The notes beneath the pieces are model-generated. The model had not been told where the DNA came from, did no database searches, and worked only from the letters and a program-made list of their open reading frames with translations. From Thermoleophilaceae bacterium (lineage in GTDB: Bacteria; Actinomycetota; Thermoleophilia; Solirubrobacterales; Thermoleophilaceae), in contig JAUJNT010000005.1 in the NCBI GenBank assembly GCA_030448005.1, positions 23,710 to 87,709 on the forward strand: a DNA stretch of 64,000 bases, given 5' to 3'. Position 1 is the first letter of the stretch; every line of letters begins with the position of its first letter. The position numbers and the translations under genes are program-made. Positions 43,714 through 52,998 of this stretch are shown in pieces.

Positions 43714-46335
43714 ATGCAGACGGCCGAGATCCGAGAGCGCTTTCTCGCCTTCTTCGAGGAGCGGGGCCACAGGCGGATGCCCTCCGCGCCGCTGGTGCCT
43801 GCCTCCTACGACCCGAGCGTGCTGCTCACGACCGCGGGCATGCAGCCGTTCAAGCCCTTCTTCCGAGGCGAGGAGGCGCCGCCCGCGCCGCGCTTGACCT
43901 CCGCCCAGAAGTGCTTCCGGACGACAGACATCGAGAACGTGGGCATGACCGCCAGGCACCTCACCTTCTTCGAGATGCTCGGCAACTTCTCGGTGGGCGA
44001 CTACTTCAAGCAGGGCGCCGTGGAGCAGGCGTGGGAGCTCTCGACGCAGGGTTTCGGGTTCGACCCGGAGCGCATCTGGATCACGGTCTTCGGCGGAGAC
44101 GAGGAGCTGAGCCTCGGCCCGGACGAGGAGGCGATCGCCTGCTGGCGGGCGATCGGGGTGCCCGAGGAGCGGATCGTGCGGCTCGGGCGGGAAGACAACT
44201 TCTGGCAGTTGGGCCCCGCGGGTCCCTGCGGGCCGTGCTCGGAGCTCTACCTCGACCGCGGGACCGGCTTCGGCGCGGAGGAAGATCGACCGGGCGATGA
44301 CTCCGAGCGCCACCTCGAGTACTGGAACCTCGTCTTCATGCAGTACGAGCTCCATTCGGACGGCTCGCTGACCGACCTTCCCTTGCAGAACATCGACACC
44401 GGCCTGGGTCTCGAGCGCATGGCGGCGATCCTGCAGGACGTGCCGTCCGTCTATGAGACCGATGCCTTTCGCCCGCTGATCGCGTTCGGCGAGGAGCGCT
44501 CGGGGCGCCGGTACGGCCAGGACTTCCCCACCACCCGCGCCCTGCGGGTGCTGGCCGATCACGGCCGCGCCGCGGCGTTCCTGCTGGCCGACGGAGTCGT
44601 GCCCTCGAACGAGGATCGCGGCTACATCTTGCGACGGATCCTTCGCCGGGCGATCCGGCAGGGCCGGGTGCTGGGGCTCGAAGAGGGCTTCCTGCCCGCC
44701 CTCTGCGACGTGGTCGTGGAGATGATGGGCGACGTCTACCCGGAGTTGCGCGCCGAGCGCGGGACGCTCGAGCGCTGGACCGCGGCGGAGGAGGAGAGCT
44801 TTGGTCGCACCCTCGCCCAAGGGGAGCGGCTGCTCGGCGTCCTCGTGCGAGACGCGAAGGGCGTCGGGGCGGATGAGGTCGCGGCCGCCGATGCCTTTCG
44901 CCTGCACGACACCTTCGGCTTTCCCTTCGAGATGACCAGGGAACTGCTGGCCGAGGAGCGGTTGAGGGTCGACGAGGACGCCTTCACCGCACTGATGGAC
45001 GACGCGCGCGAGACCGCCAGGGCGGGCGCCCGCGACACGAGCGCGGGCTCCGAGGCGGCCGAGCGCGTGGCCCGGTTCGCGCGGGCTGCGGGCTTCGAGA
45101 CCAACTTCGTGGGCTACGAGTCGGTCGACGCGGACACGATCGTCCGGGCGGTGGAGGCCGAGAACGGCCGGGTGCTCGCCAAGCTCGAGGACAGCCCGTT
45201 CTATCCGGAGGGGGGCGGGCAGATCTCCGATGCTGGGCTTGTCGAGACGGGCTCGGCGCGGGCGCTCGTGGCAGATGTCTACCGCGTGGGAGCCGACCAG
45301 GTCCTGGCACTCGAGCCGGTGGAGGGCACGATCACCCAGGGCGAGCAGGTACGGGCGGTCGTAGAGCGCGACACGCGGCTGGCCACGATGCGAAACCACA
45401 CCGCCACCCACCTCCTGCACGCGGCGCTGCGCGAGCGCCTCGGCCCGCATGTGCGCCAGGCTGGCTCCTACGTGGGGCCCGACAAACTTCGCTTCGACTT
45501 CACGCACGGGGAGCGGCTCACCGCCGATGAGCTGGCGGACGTGGAGGCCAGGGTGAACGAGTGGGTCGCCGCCGCCCTGTCGGTGCGCGCGCTCGAGACC
45601 ACCCTCGACGAGGCGCGCTCGCTCGGCGCGATGGCGCTCTTCGGCGAGAAGTACGGCGACTGGGTGCGCATGGTGGAGGTGGACGAGGTCTCCCGCGAGC
45701 TCTGCGGCGGCACGCACGTGCACTCCACCGCCGAGGTCGGGCTCTTCCACGTGACGACGGAGACCTCGAGCGCTTCCAACGTGCGGCGGATCGAGGCGGT
45801 CACCGGCCCGGTGGCCACGCGTCTCTTCGAGGATCGCACGAGGCGGTTGCGTGAGCTGTCGACCCTGCTGAAGGCACCTGAGGCAGAGCTCGTGCGCACG
45901 GTGGAGAAGCTGGCCGAGCGAGCCCGCGAGGCCGGGAAGCGAGGCGCCGCGGCGGGTGACGATGGCGCCGCGGCCAGGCGGCTGGTCGAGGCCGCGACGG
46001 AGGTCGGCGGCGTGAAGGTTCTCGTTCATCGGGCGGAGGCACAGGACGCCAAGGCGCTGCTCGCCCTGTCCGACCGCGTCAGGCAGAGCCTCGGCTTCGC
46101 CGCCGTGGCGCTCGGCTGCGTGGTGGACGGTCGCGTACACCTCGTGGCCAACGTGGCTCCCGCGGTGGTCGAGCGGGGGGTCAGGGCCGGCGACATCGTG
46201 CGGGCCGCGGCTGAGGTGGTCGGCGGCGGAGGGGGCGGGCGCGACACGATGGCGCAGGCCGGCGGGCGCGATCCCGAGAAGCTCGACGACGCCCTGGCCA
46301 CCGCCCGCGCGACGATCGAGCACGCGCTCTCATAA
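43714..46335 (+). CDS. alaS: Alanine--tRNA ligase
   Basis: ATG 43714. MQTAEIRERFLAFFEERGHRRMPSAPLVP, FFEMLGNFSVGDYFK, NHTATHLLHAAL, CGGTHV. Confidence 0.93.
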   Translation: MQTAEIRERFLAFFEERGHRRMPSAPLVPASYDPSVLLTTAGMQPFKPFFRGEEAPPAPRLTSAQKCFRTTDIENVGMTARHLTFFEMLGNFSVGDYFKQGAVEQAWELSTQGFGFDPERIWITVFGGDEELSLGPDEEAIACWRAIGVPEERIVRLGREDNFWQLGPAGPCGPCSELYLDRGTGFGAEEDRPGDDSERHLEYWNLVFMQYELHSDGSLTDLPLQNIDTGLGLERMAAILQDVPSVYETDAFRPLIAFGEERSGRRYGQDFPTTRALRVLADHGRAAAFLLADGVVPSNEDRGYILRRILRRAIRQGRVLGLEEGFLPALCDVVVEMMGDVYPELRAERGTLERWTAAEEESFGRTLAQGERLLGVLVRDAKGVGADEVAAADAFRLHDTFGFPFEMTRELLAEERLRVDEDAFTALMDDARETARAGARDTSAGSEAAERVARFARAAGFETNFVGYESVDADTIVRAVEAENGRVLAKLEDSPFYPEGGGQISDAGLVETGSARALVADVYRVGADQVLALEPVEGTITQGEQVRAVVERDTRLATMRNHTATHLLHAALRERLGPHVRQAGSYVGPDKLRFDFTHGERLTADELADVEARVNEWVAAALSVRALETTLDEARSLGAMALFGEKYGDWVRMVEVDEVSRELCGGTHVHSTAEVGLFHVTTETSSASNVRRIEAVTGPVATRLFEDRTRRLRELSTLLKAPEAELVRTVEKLAERAREAGKRGAAAGDDGAAARRLVEAATEVGGVKVLVHRAEAQDAKALLALSDRVRQSLGFAAVALGCVVDGRVHLVANVAPAVVERGVRAGDIVRAAAEVVGGGGGGRDTMAQAGGRDPEKLDDALATARATIEHALS

Positions 46336-46344
46336 GGTCAGGGC

Positions 46345-46743
46345 ATGCGCATCCTCGCGCTCGACCCCGGTGAGGCCCGCTGCGGCTGTGCCGTCTCCGA
46401 CCCATCCGGCACGCTTGCGACGCCGCTCCAGGCGGTTGAGCGGCCTGGCACCAGGCGCGGCCTCGCGCGCCTGGCCGCGCTTGCCACCGAGCTCGAGGCC
46501 GACATGGTGCTCGTCGGCCTCCCGCTGACGCTGGCGGGGCGGGAGGGCGCCCAGGCGGCGCGGGCGAAGGAGTTCGCGGAGCGGCTCGAGTCCCGCCTGA
46601 GGGTGCCCGTGGAGCTCCACGACGAGCGGCTTACAACGCGGATGGCCGAGGCCCACGGCGGCAAGAGCGACGCCGACTCGCGCGCCGCCGCCCATCTGCT
46701 CGAGAGCTATCTGGCGGCCCGCCACGCCGCTCTGGCCGGGTGA
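46345..46743 (+). CDS. ruvX: Holliday junction resolvase-like nuclease RuvX (YqgF)
   Basis: MRILALDPGEARCGCAVSD; DERLTT; 132 aa, in the conserved position after alaS. Confidence 0.9.
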   Translation: MRILALDPGEARCGCAVSDPSGTLATPLQAVERPGTRRGLARLAALATELEADMVLVGLPLTLAGREGAQAARAKEFAERLESRLRVPVELHDERLTTRMAEAHGGKSDADSRAAAHLLESYLAARHAALAG

Positions 46744-48602
46744 GCCGGCGAGAGCGCACACCACAGGAACGCGAGCGCGACCGCCTCGAGCGAGAGGCCC
46801 GTAGGGCAGCTCGCGAGGGCCGCCCGCCACCCACGGCCCTCCCGCCGGACGAGGTTCCGCCGCCCCCGACGCCGGAGCCCCCGGTGCAGCGCGTACCCCC
46901 CGAGCCGGCCCCGCGGTGGGAGGACCGCAAGGAGGTCTCCGCGCCCGAGCCGCATCGGGAGGCCCCGGACGAGGACGAGGAGGCCTACCCGCCCGAGCCG
47001 CATTGGGAGGCACCGGAGGAGGAAGAGGACCTGGAGGTCTCCACGCCCGAGCTGCATCGGCAAGCGTCGGAGGAGGAAGAGGAGGATGTGGAGGCCTACG
47101 CGCTCGAGCCCCGTTGGCGGGCGCCGGAGGAGGAAGTGGAGGAGGAGATCTCCGCGCCCGATGCGCAGTGGGAACACGCGGAGGAGACGGAGCTCTCCGC
47201 GCCCGAGCCGCTTCCGCTCACCGATGCGGACGTGGTGGATGACGGGCCCACGCAGGAGGTCGGGTCGGTGGATGAGCGCCACGAGCATCTGCGGCCAGGG
47301 CACCTCCACGAGCCGGAGCCCCCGCAACCGAACGGATCGGGGGCCGGCACGCCGTGGTCCTCCGCGGCAGAAGATCCCCCGGGCTCCAACCCGCCGACTC
47401 CGCCGCGCCCCCGCATGCCGGCGCCCTTCGAGCAGGGCGACCGCGCGCAACCGGCGCAACCTCCGCCCGAGCACGTGAGTGACAGGTCCGCCGGCCGGAC
47501 GGCGGCGGCCCAGGCCGTGCTCCAGCGCCGCCGCCAGGCGCTGACCGAGGGCCGGAGAAGAGGTGGCAGGCGCTGGATCATCCCCCTCCTCCTTGCCATC
47601 GGCCTCATCGGGGCGGTTGGGTTGTGGTTGGTCTTCTCGCTGTTCCAGCCGTTCGCCGGAGAGGGCGAGGGCCAGGTCCGCGTCGTCATTCCGCAGGGTG
47701 TGGGGGTGGGTCAGATCGCCGACCTGCTGGCCGAGAGGGAGGTGATCTCGAGCCCGTTCTTCTTCACGGCGCGCGCCAGGGTCTCCGGGCGCGCCGGCGA
47801 CCTCAAGCCCGGGACCTTCCGCCTTCGCAAGGGCATGAGCCACGTGGCCGCCCTGGATGCGCTTTCGGAGGGACCGCCACCGGACGTCGTCCGGGTCACG
47901 ATCCCGGAGGGGCGGGCGCGACGGGAGGTGAAGCAGCTTCTGGGGAACCAGCTCAAGGGCGACTACCTGGCGCTCACCAGACGCTCGCCTCTGCTCGACC
48001 CCCGGCGCTACGGAGCCAAGCGGGCCACGAGCCTCGAGGGGTTCCTCTTTCCAGCCACCTACGAGCTGAAGCGCAAGCGCCCCATGGCCGACCTGGTGGC
48101 GCTGCAGCTGCGGGCGTTCAAGCGCGAGCTGGCCAAGGTGGACCTGCGAGCCGCGCGGCGCAAGAACCTCACGCCCTACGACGTGCTTACGATCGCCTCG
48201 ATGGTCGACCGCGAGGCCCAGATACCGAGGGAACGGCGGCTGGTCGCGTCGGTGATCTACAACCGCCTCCGCGAGGGCATCCCGCTCGGCATCGACGCCA
48301 CGATCCGGTTTGCGACCAACAACTGGACCAGGCCCCTCACCCAGTCCCAGCTCGCGATCGACTCTCCCTACAACACCCGCTCCCGCAAGGGGCTCCCGCC
48401 GGGGCCGATCGGGAGTCCCGGGCTGGCGGCCATCCGGGCCGCCGCGCGTCCGGCCGGCACCGGCTTCCTCTTCTATGTGGTCAAGCCCGGCACATGCGGC
48501 GAGCACGCCTTCTCGAAGACCGACGCGGAGTTCCAGCGAGACGTGAGCCGCTACAACACCGAGCGCACCCGCCGCGGTGGCAAGTCGCCCACCAATTGCT
48601 AG
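46740..48602 (+). CDS. mltG: Endolytic murein transglycosylase MltG (YceG-like) with ~230-aa acidic repeat extension
   Basis: C-terminal LEGFLFPATYEL, ASMVDREAQ, YNTRSRKGLPPGPIGSPG. N-terminal Glu/Pro repeats, then a TM helix. Confidence 0.88.
   Translation: MSRRERTPQERERDRLEREARRAAREGRPPPTALPPDEVPPPPTPEPPVQRVPPEPAPRWEDRKEVSAPEPHREAPDEDEEAYPPEPHWEAPEEEEDLEVSTPELHRQASEEEEEDVEAYALEPRWRAPEEEVEEEISAPDAQWEHAEETELSAPEPLPLTDADVVDDGPTQEVGSVDERHEHLRPGHLHEPEPPQPNGSGAGTPWSSAAEDPPGSNPPTPPRPRMPAPFEQGDRAQPAQPPPEHVSDRSAGRTAAAQAVLQRRRQALTEGRRRGGRRWIIPLLLAIGLIGAVGLWLVFSLFQPFAGEGEGQVRVVIPQGVGVGQIADLLAEREVISSPFFFTARARVSGRAGDLKPGTFRLRKGMSHVAALDALSEGPPPDVVRVTIPEGRARREVKQLLGNQLKGDYLALTRRSPLLDPRRYGAKRATSLEGFLFPATYELKRKRPMADLVALQLRAFKRELAKVDLRAARRKNLTPYDVLTIASMVDREAQIPRERRLVASVIYNRLREGIPLGIDATIRFATNNWTRPLTQSQLAIDSPYNTRSRKGLPPGPIGSPGLAAIRAAARPAGTGFLFYVVKPGTCGEHAFSKTDAEFQRDVSRYNTERTRRGGKSPTNC
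46932..47220 (+). repeat. Imperfect ~57-63-nt coding repeats (EVSAPEPHREAPDEDEEAY-type units) inside mltG
   Basis: GAGGTCTCCGCGCCCGAGCCGCATCGGGAGGC-like units recur about five times. Confidence 0.6.
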
Positions 48603-48605
48603 CCG

Positions 48606-49406
48606 GTGACACGCACGCTGCTCGGGGTGGCCGGGTTCCCCGTGGCCCACACCCGCTCGCCGGCCATGCACAACGTCGCGCTGGCCGAGCTCGGCCTCGA
48701 CTGGTTGTACGTGCCATTGCCTCTGCCGCCAGAGCGCTTCGAGCAGACGGTGCGCGCTCTTCCGGCGTCGGGCTTCCGCGGGCTCAACGTGACGGTGCCC
48801 CACAAGCTGGCGGCCCACCTCCTCGCGGACGTTCACACGGCGCCTGCAGCGGCGATCGGGGCGGTAAACACCCTCACCTTCGGTAGCGACGGGGGCATCG
48901 AGGGCCACAACACCGACGCCGGGGGCTTCCTGGACGCGCTCGGCTTCCCGGTGGGCGGGTCGAGAGCGCTCGTGCTCGGTGCCGGCGGCTCCGCCCGCGC
49001 CGTGGTCTGGGCACTCCGCGAGGCGGGCGCCGCCGAGGTGTCGGTCTGGAACCGCACCCCCGAGCGCGCCGCCGCCCTGGCGCGCGAGCTCGGGGTTCGC
49101 CACGCCGAGCGCCCAGGACCGGCAGACCTCCTGGTCAACTGCAGCTCCGTCGGCCTCGACCCCGCCACGACGGAGCGGGAGGCGCTCGAGGCGCTCGCAC
49201 TGGCGGGCTCAGAACCCGCGGCCACGGTGGTGGACCTCGTCTACGCCAGTGGGCAGACCCCGCTTCTCAGGTGGGCCTCCCGGGCCGGCTCCCGGGTGGT
49301 CGAGGGCCTCGAGGTGCTGGTGGCCCAGGGAGCCCGCAGCCTCGAGGGATGGACCGGCAGGAGCCCTCCGGTCGACGCGATGAGGGCGGCCGCGAAGGGG
49401 CGGTAA
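48606..49406 (+). CDS. aroE: Shikimate dehydrogenase
   Basis: HTRSPAMHN, GLNVTVPHK, LGAGGSARAV. 266 aa. Confidence 0.88.
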   Translation: MTRTLLGVAGFPVAHTRSPAMHNVALAELGLDWLYVPLPLPPERFEQTVRALPASGFRGLNVTVPHKLAAHLLADVHTAPAAAIGAVNTLTFGSDGGIEGHNTDAGGFLDALGFPVGGSRALVLGAGGSARAVVWALREAGAAEVSVWNRTPERAAALARELGVRHAERPGPADLLVNCSSVGLDPATTEREALEALALAGSEPAATVVDLVYASGQTPLLRWASRAGSRVVEGLEVLVAQGARSLEGWTGRSPPVDAMRAAAKGR

Positions 49407-49439
49407 TGAAACGCGGCGCCGCTGCCGATAGCGAACGAG

Positions 49440-49982
49440 ATGGCAGTCTCCCGTCCAGTCTTGCTCGCGCTTGTCGGCGCCGTTCTGGTAGCCGCCCTCT
49501 TTCTCGCGACGGTGGGCGGGCGCGCGACGAGCGACGATTCTCGCCAGCCGGCCGGGACCGGCGCCGCCGAGAAGGGCCCCGAGGCTCCGGGGCAGGCCGC
49601 TACGGCCAAGAGCCGGGCGCCCGCCGCGAGCCCAGCGACCCAGGCCGGCGAGAAGCGCAAGGTGGCCGCGCCCGCCGGGGTGCCCGCCGGAGTCCGCAGG
49701 GCGCTCGCGCGGAAGCGCACCGTCGTGCTCTTCTTCCGTCAGCGCGGCTCGGCGGACGACGACGCCACCGCGCGGGCCGTCGCGTCGCTGAGCGGCCGCC
49801 GGGGGCTGGCGGTCTTCGCCGCGCCGATATCGCGCCTGGCCGACTACCGTGCGATCACCGACCAGGCCGGCGTGTCGCAGGCGCCTGCGGTCGTCGTGGT
49901 GGGCCGCAGCGGCAGAGCGCGCCTGATCGAGGGCTTCGTCGATCGCGAGAGCCTGGCCCAGGAAGTCGCAGACGCGCGATGA
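49440..49982 (+). CDS. Membrane-anchored hypothetical protein, thioredoxin-fold-like C-domain without CxxC
   Basis: N-terminal TM, Ala/Pro linker, VVLFFRQRGSADDD...APAVVVVGRSG pattern. ATGA overlap with the ATPase gene. Confidence 0.5.
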   Translation: MAVSRPVLLALVGAVLVAALFLATVGGRATSDDSRQPAGTGAAEKGPEAPGQAATAKSRAPAASPATQAGEKRKVAAPAGVPAGVRRALARKRTVVLFFRQRGSADDDATARAVASLSGRRGLAVFAAPISRLADYRAITDQAGVSQAPAVVVVGRSGRARLIEGFVDRESLAQEVADAR

Positions 49983-51751
49983 GTGAGGGCTCCGGCCCTC
50001 CGCGTCTCCGACCGGTCGGTGGCGAAGTGGCCGGCACGGCGCCGGAAATGCACCCGCCAGGGGACGGTCTGACCCAACCGCTTCAGCGAGGGCGCCGCGC
50101 GCGCTTCATCTCGGACGTGATCGTGGATCTGGGGTTCCTGCCGCGCGAGCGCGTGAGCGGCGCCGTCGAGGAGGGCCGCGCGTCCGGGCGGACCCCTGAG
50201 CAGGTGTTACTCGAATCCGGAGCGCTCACGAGCGATCAGCTCGCCCGCGCCATCGCGGAGCGGTTCGGGCTCCCGCACGCCGACCTCAACGTCTACAAGG
50301 CGGATCTCTCGGCGCTCAACCTGATCTCCCCCCAGGCGGCCCGGCGGTTCAACGCCGCGCCGATCGGATTCGACGGCGAAGGAGCGCTCCTCGTGGCCAT
50401 GGGCGATCCGTCGAACGTGCTCGCGTTGGACGACATGAAGCTGATGACCGGACACGAGGTCCGTCCGGTGGTCTCCTCCCCGGATGACATCGCCGGCCTG
50501 ATCGGTCGCATGAGCCGGCTGGATGACGCCGTGGCGGCGGCCGTGGAGGAGGAAGAGGAGGAGCAGGGCGCGAGCATCACCGACATCCGCGAGTCGGCCG
50601 ATGACGCGCCGACCATCAGGCTCGTGAACTCGGTGATTGCCCAGGCGGTCGAGCAAGGCGCCTCGGATATCCACTTCGAGCCCGCCGGACGGGAGATGCG
50701 AGTGCGCTTCCGCGTCGACGGAGTGCTCAGCGAGACGACCTCCATTCCGCGCCGGATGATCGCGGGGCTGGTCTCGCGTGTGAAGATCATGGGCGACCTC
50801 GACATCGCGGAGCGCCGCGTCCCGCAGGACGGCCGCGTGGGGCTGACCGTGGAGGGGCACTCGGTGGACATCCGGATCGTCACGATGCCCTCGGTGCACG
50901 GCGAGGGCATCGTCATGCGCCTGCTCGACAAGGAGCAGGCGCTCCTCAGCCTGGACGCCCTGGGGATGTCCGGGGCACCGCGGGAGCGCTTCGAGTCCGC
51001 CTTCCATCAGGCCTACGGCGCGGTGCTCGCCACCGGGCCGACCGGCTCCGGAAAGTCGACGACCCTCTACGCGGCACTGAACGCGATCAACTCGGTCGAC
51101 AAGAACATCATCACGATCGAGGATCCGGTCGAGTACCAGTTGCCCGGGGTCAACCAGGTGCAGGTGAACGGCAAGGCGGGTCTCACCTTCGCGCGCGGCC
51201 TGCGCTCGATGCTCCGTGCCGACCCGGACGTGATCATGGTCGGCGAGATCCGCGACGCGGAGACCGCGCGGATCGCGGTCGAGTCGGCGCTCACGGGCCA
51301 CCTCGTGCTCTCTACGTTGCACACAAACGACGCGCCGTCGGCCATCACGCGGCTCACCGAGATGGGGATCGAGCCGTTCCTGACCGCCTCTGCACTCGAC
51401 TGCGTGGTGGCGCAGCGGCTCGTGCGGACCCTCTGCACCTCCTGCAAGCGGCGCACGCTCCTGAGCGTCGACGCCCTCAGGGACTCGGGCATCGGCGCGG
51501 CCTTCGACGTCGAGGCCTACGAGCCTGTGGGGTGCGGCCGCTGCGGCGGTAGCGGCTTCAAGGGCCGCATCGGGCTCTACGAGGTCATGCCCCTCAGCGA
51601 CGAGATCCGCTCGCTGGCGATCAAGCGGGACTCGGCCGACGAGATCATGAAGGTCGCCGTCGAGCAGGGCATGCGCCGGTTGCGAGACGACGGCTTCGAC
51701 AAGGTCAAGCAGGGAGTCACCTCGATCGCGGAGGTCGCGCGGGTCACCTGA
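49979..51751 (+). CDS. Type II/IV secretion system ATPase (GspE/PilB family)
   Basis: T2SSE_N-like region, Walker A GPTGSGKSTT, Asp/His boxes, tetracysteine CTSC...CGRCGGSG. Confidence 0.9.
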   Translation: MSEGSGPPRLRPVGGEVAGTAPEMHPPGDGLTQPLQRGRRARFISDVIVDLGFLPRERVSGAVEEGRASGRTPEQVLLESGALTSDQLARAIAERFGLPHADLNVYKADLSALNLISPQAARRFNAAPIGFDGEGALLVAMGDPSNVLALDDMKLMTGHEVRPVVSSPDDIAGLIGRMSRLDDAVAAAVEEEEEEQGASITDIRESADDAPTIRLVNSVIAQAVEQGASDIHFEPAGREMRVRFRVDGVLSETTSIPRRMIAGLVSRVKIMGDLDIAERRVPQDGRVGLTVEGHSVDIRIVTMPSVHGEGIVMRLLDKEQALLSLDALGMSGAPRERFESAFHQAYGAVLATGPTGSGKSTTLYAALNAINSVDKNIITIEDPVEYQLPGVNQVQVNGKAGLTFARGLRSMLRADPDVIMVGEIRDAETARIAVESALTGHLVLSTLHTNDAPSAITRLTEMGIEPFLTASALDCVVAQRLVRTLCTSCKRRTLLSVDALRDSGIGAAFDVEAYEPVGCGRCGGSGFKGRIGLYEVMPLSDEIRSLAIKRDSADEIMKVAVEQGMRRLRDDGFDKVKQGVTSIAEVARVT

Positions 51752-52088
51752 GCGGGGAATGCCTCGCCTCGGTGCGCACCCGGCCGAGCCGGGTGCTTCC
51801 GCAGGCCCCGATGCGCACCCGGCCGAGCCCGGTGCTTCCGCAGGCCCCGGTGCGCACCCGGCCGAGCCGGTGCTTGCGGTCGCTGCTCGACCCACCGCGG
51901 ATTGGGTCGTTGCCAGAGCTGCCGACCATGCGGTCCTCACCGAGCCCGCCGAGCATCAGGTCGTCTCCGAGGCCGCCCTGGGCGCGGTCGGTTCCCGGTC
52001 CGAGGTCGATGCAGTCGTCGCCCGAGAGGCCGTCGACGATGTCGTTGCCCGTTCCGCCGAAGATTCGGTCCCCGCGGGACGGTGCCGG
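51744..52088 (-). pseudogene. Remnant of an RTX (hemolysin-type Ca-binding nonapeptide repeat) protein; no usable start
   Basis: Exact 9-residue periodicity: GGTGNDIVD GLSGDDCID LGPGTDRAQ GGLGDDLML GGLGEDRMV GSSGNDPIR GGSSSD. An in-frame TGA at 52089-52091 sits directly upstream, and the adjacent frame carries a Pro-rich fragment. Confidence 0.5.
51773..51879. repeat. 39-nt tandem repeat, 2.7 copies (TGCGCACCCGGCCGAGCCGGGTGCTTCCGCAGGCCCCGA)
   Basis: Units at 51773-51811 and 51812-51850, plus a partial third with a 1-nt deletion. Confidence 0.9.
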
Positions 52089-52421
52089 TCAGCCTGCCGC
52101 CTGCGCGCTGTCGCGGATTACGTTTGCGCTCAGCAGCGGGCAGCCTGCGAAGGCGGCGGCCGCGGGTTGGGGGGCGGAGGCGCGGGGGTGCCGCCACCGA
52201 TGCCCGGGCCCGGGGCCGCCTGACGGGCGAGTGGCTGCCAGCTTGGCTGGATATCGGGTACACGCGGAACCACCAGCGCCGCGAGTCGCCTGGCTCGACT
52301 TTCGAGCACGGCCGAGGCGTACTCAACTGAAGCTGCGAGTAGGGTGCCAAGCCCGCGAGAAGTGCTCGATAACAGACGATATGTGAACCTGGAGTCGTCG
52401 GTCGCGAGGGGGCTGGTCTAG

Positions 52422-52993
52422 GTCGATACGGCCAGCGTCGCCGAGTTGCTAGGCGCTGCGCCGAACGGCTCCGCTATCGCGGCTGCCGCTGGCGACGCAG
52501 CGGTGGTTGCTGCTTCGCTGCGGAACTTCACCGCGACGGCCAGCTGGCTCTGCACTAACGGATTCGCGACGGCGGAACGGCCCGCCGTCGTGATCGCCGC
52601 TGGCGAGCGCTGGCCCGACGACAGCTTGCGCCCGGCCGTGGAGGACATGCTCGGCGCCGGCGCGGTCATCTCCGCGTTACGACGCCTGGGAGCAGGCCCT
52701 TTGTCGGCAGAAGCCGAAGCGGCGCTTGCTTGCTTCGAGGGCACCACCGACATCACCGCGGCGGTTACGGCGTGCGCGTCCGGCGTGGAGCTCACCTTAC
52801 GGCGTGCGCGTCCAGCGCGGAGCTGACCACCGCGGGCTTCTCCGACGACGTCGCGATCGCGACGGAACTCGACGAATGCGACATGGCGGCTGTGCTTGTA
52901 GATGCCGCGTTTAGCGCACAGCGGCATCCCCGCGCACGTCCTCTCCATCGCCTCCCGGCTCGCCGCCGTTGGGTGGAGCACCGGGCAAGGTAG
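52422..52993 (+). pseudogene. 2-phosphosulfolactate phosphatase (ComB)-like gene, N-terminally truncated and frameshifted
   Basis: PNGSAIA...VVIAAGERWPDDSLRPAVEDMLGAGAV matches the ComB family core. The expected tail (CASSAELTTAGFSDDVAIATELDE) continues in another frame after the duplication. Confidence 0.6.
52765..52828 (+). repeat. 32-bp tandem duplication (3 mismatches) causing the ComB-like frameshift
   Basis: TTACGGCGTGCGCGTCCGGCGTGGAGCTCACC / TTACGGCGTGCGCGTCCAGCGCGGAGCTGACC. Confidence 0.85.
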
Positions 52994-52998
52994 AGAAG

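Noticed and set aside
43432-46323. Very long antisense ORFs opposite housekeeping genes. Also 2751..4322, 6375..7745, 36341..38086, 46707..49103, 50207..51940, 58056..60170 and 61886..63625.
   Set aside because: These are typical high-GC shadow ORFs. Their translations are Arg/Gly/Pro/His-rich with no motifs, while the opposite strand encodes unmistakable alaS, permeases, aspS, mltG/aroE, pilB and others.
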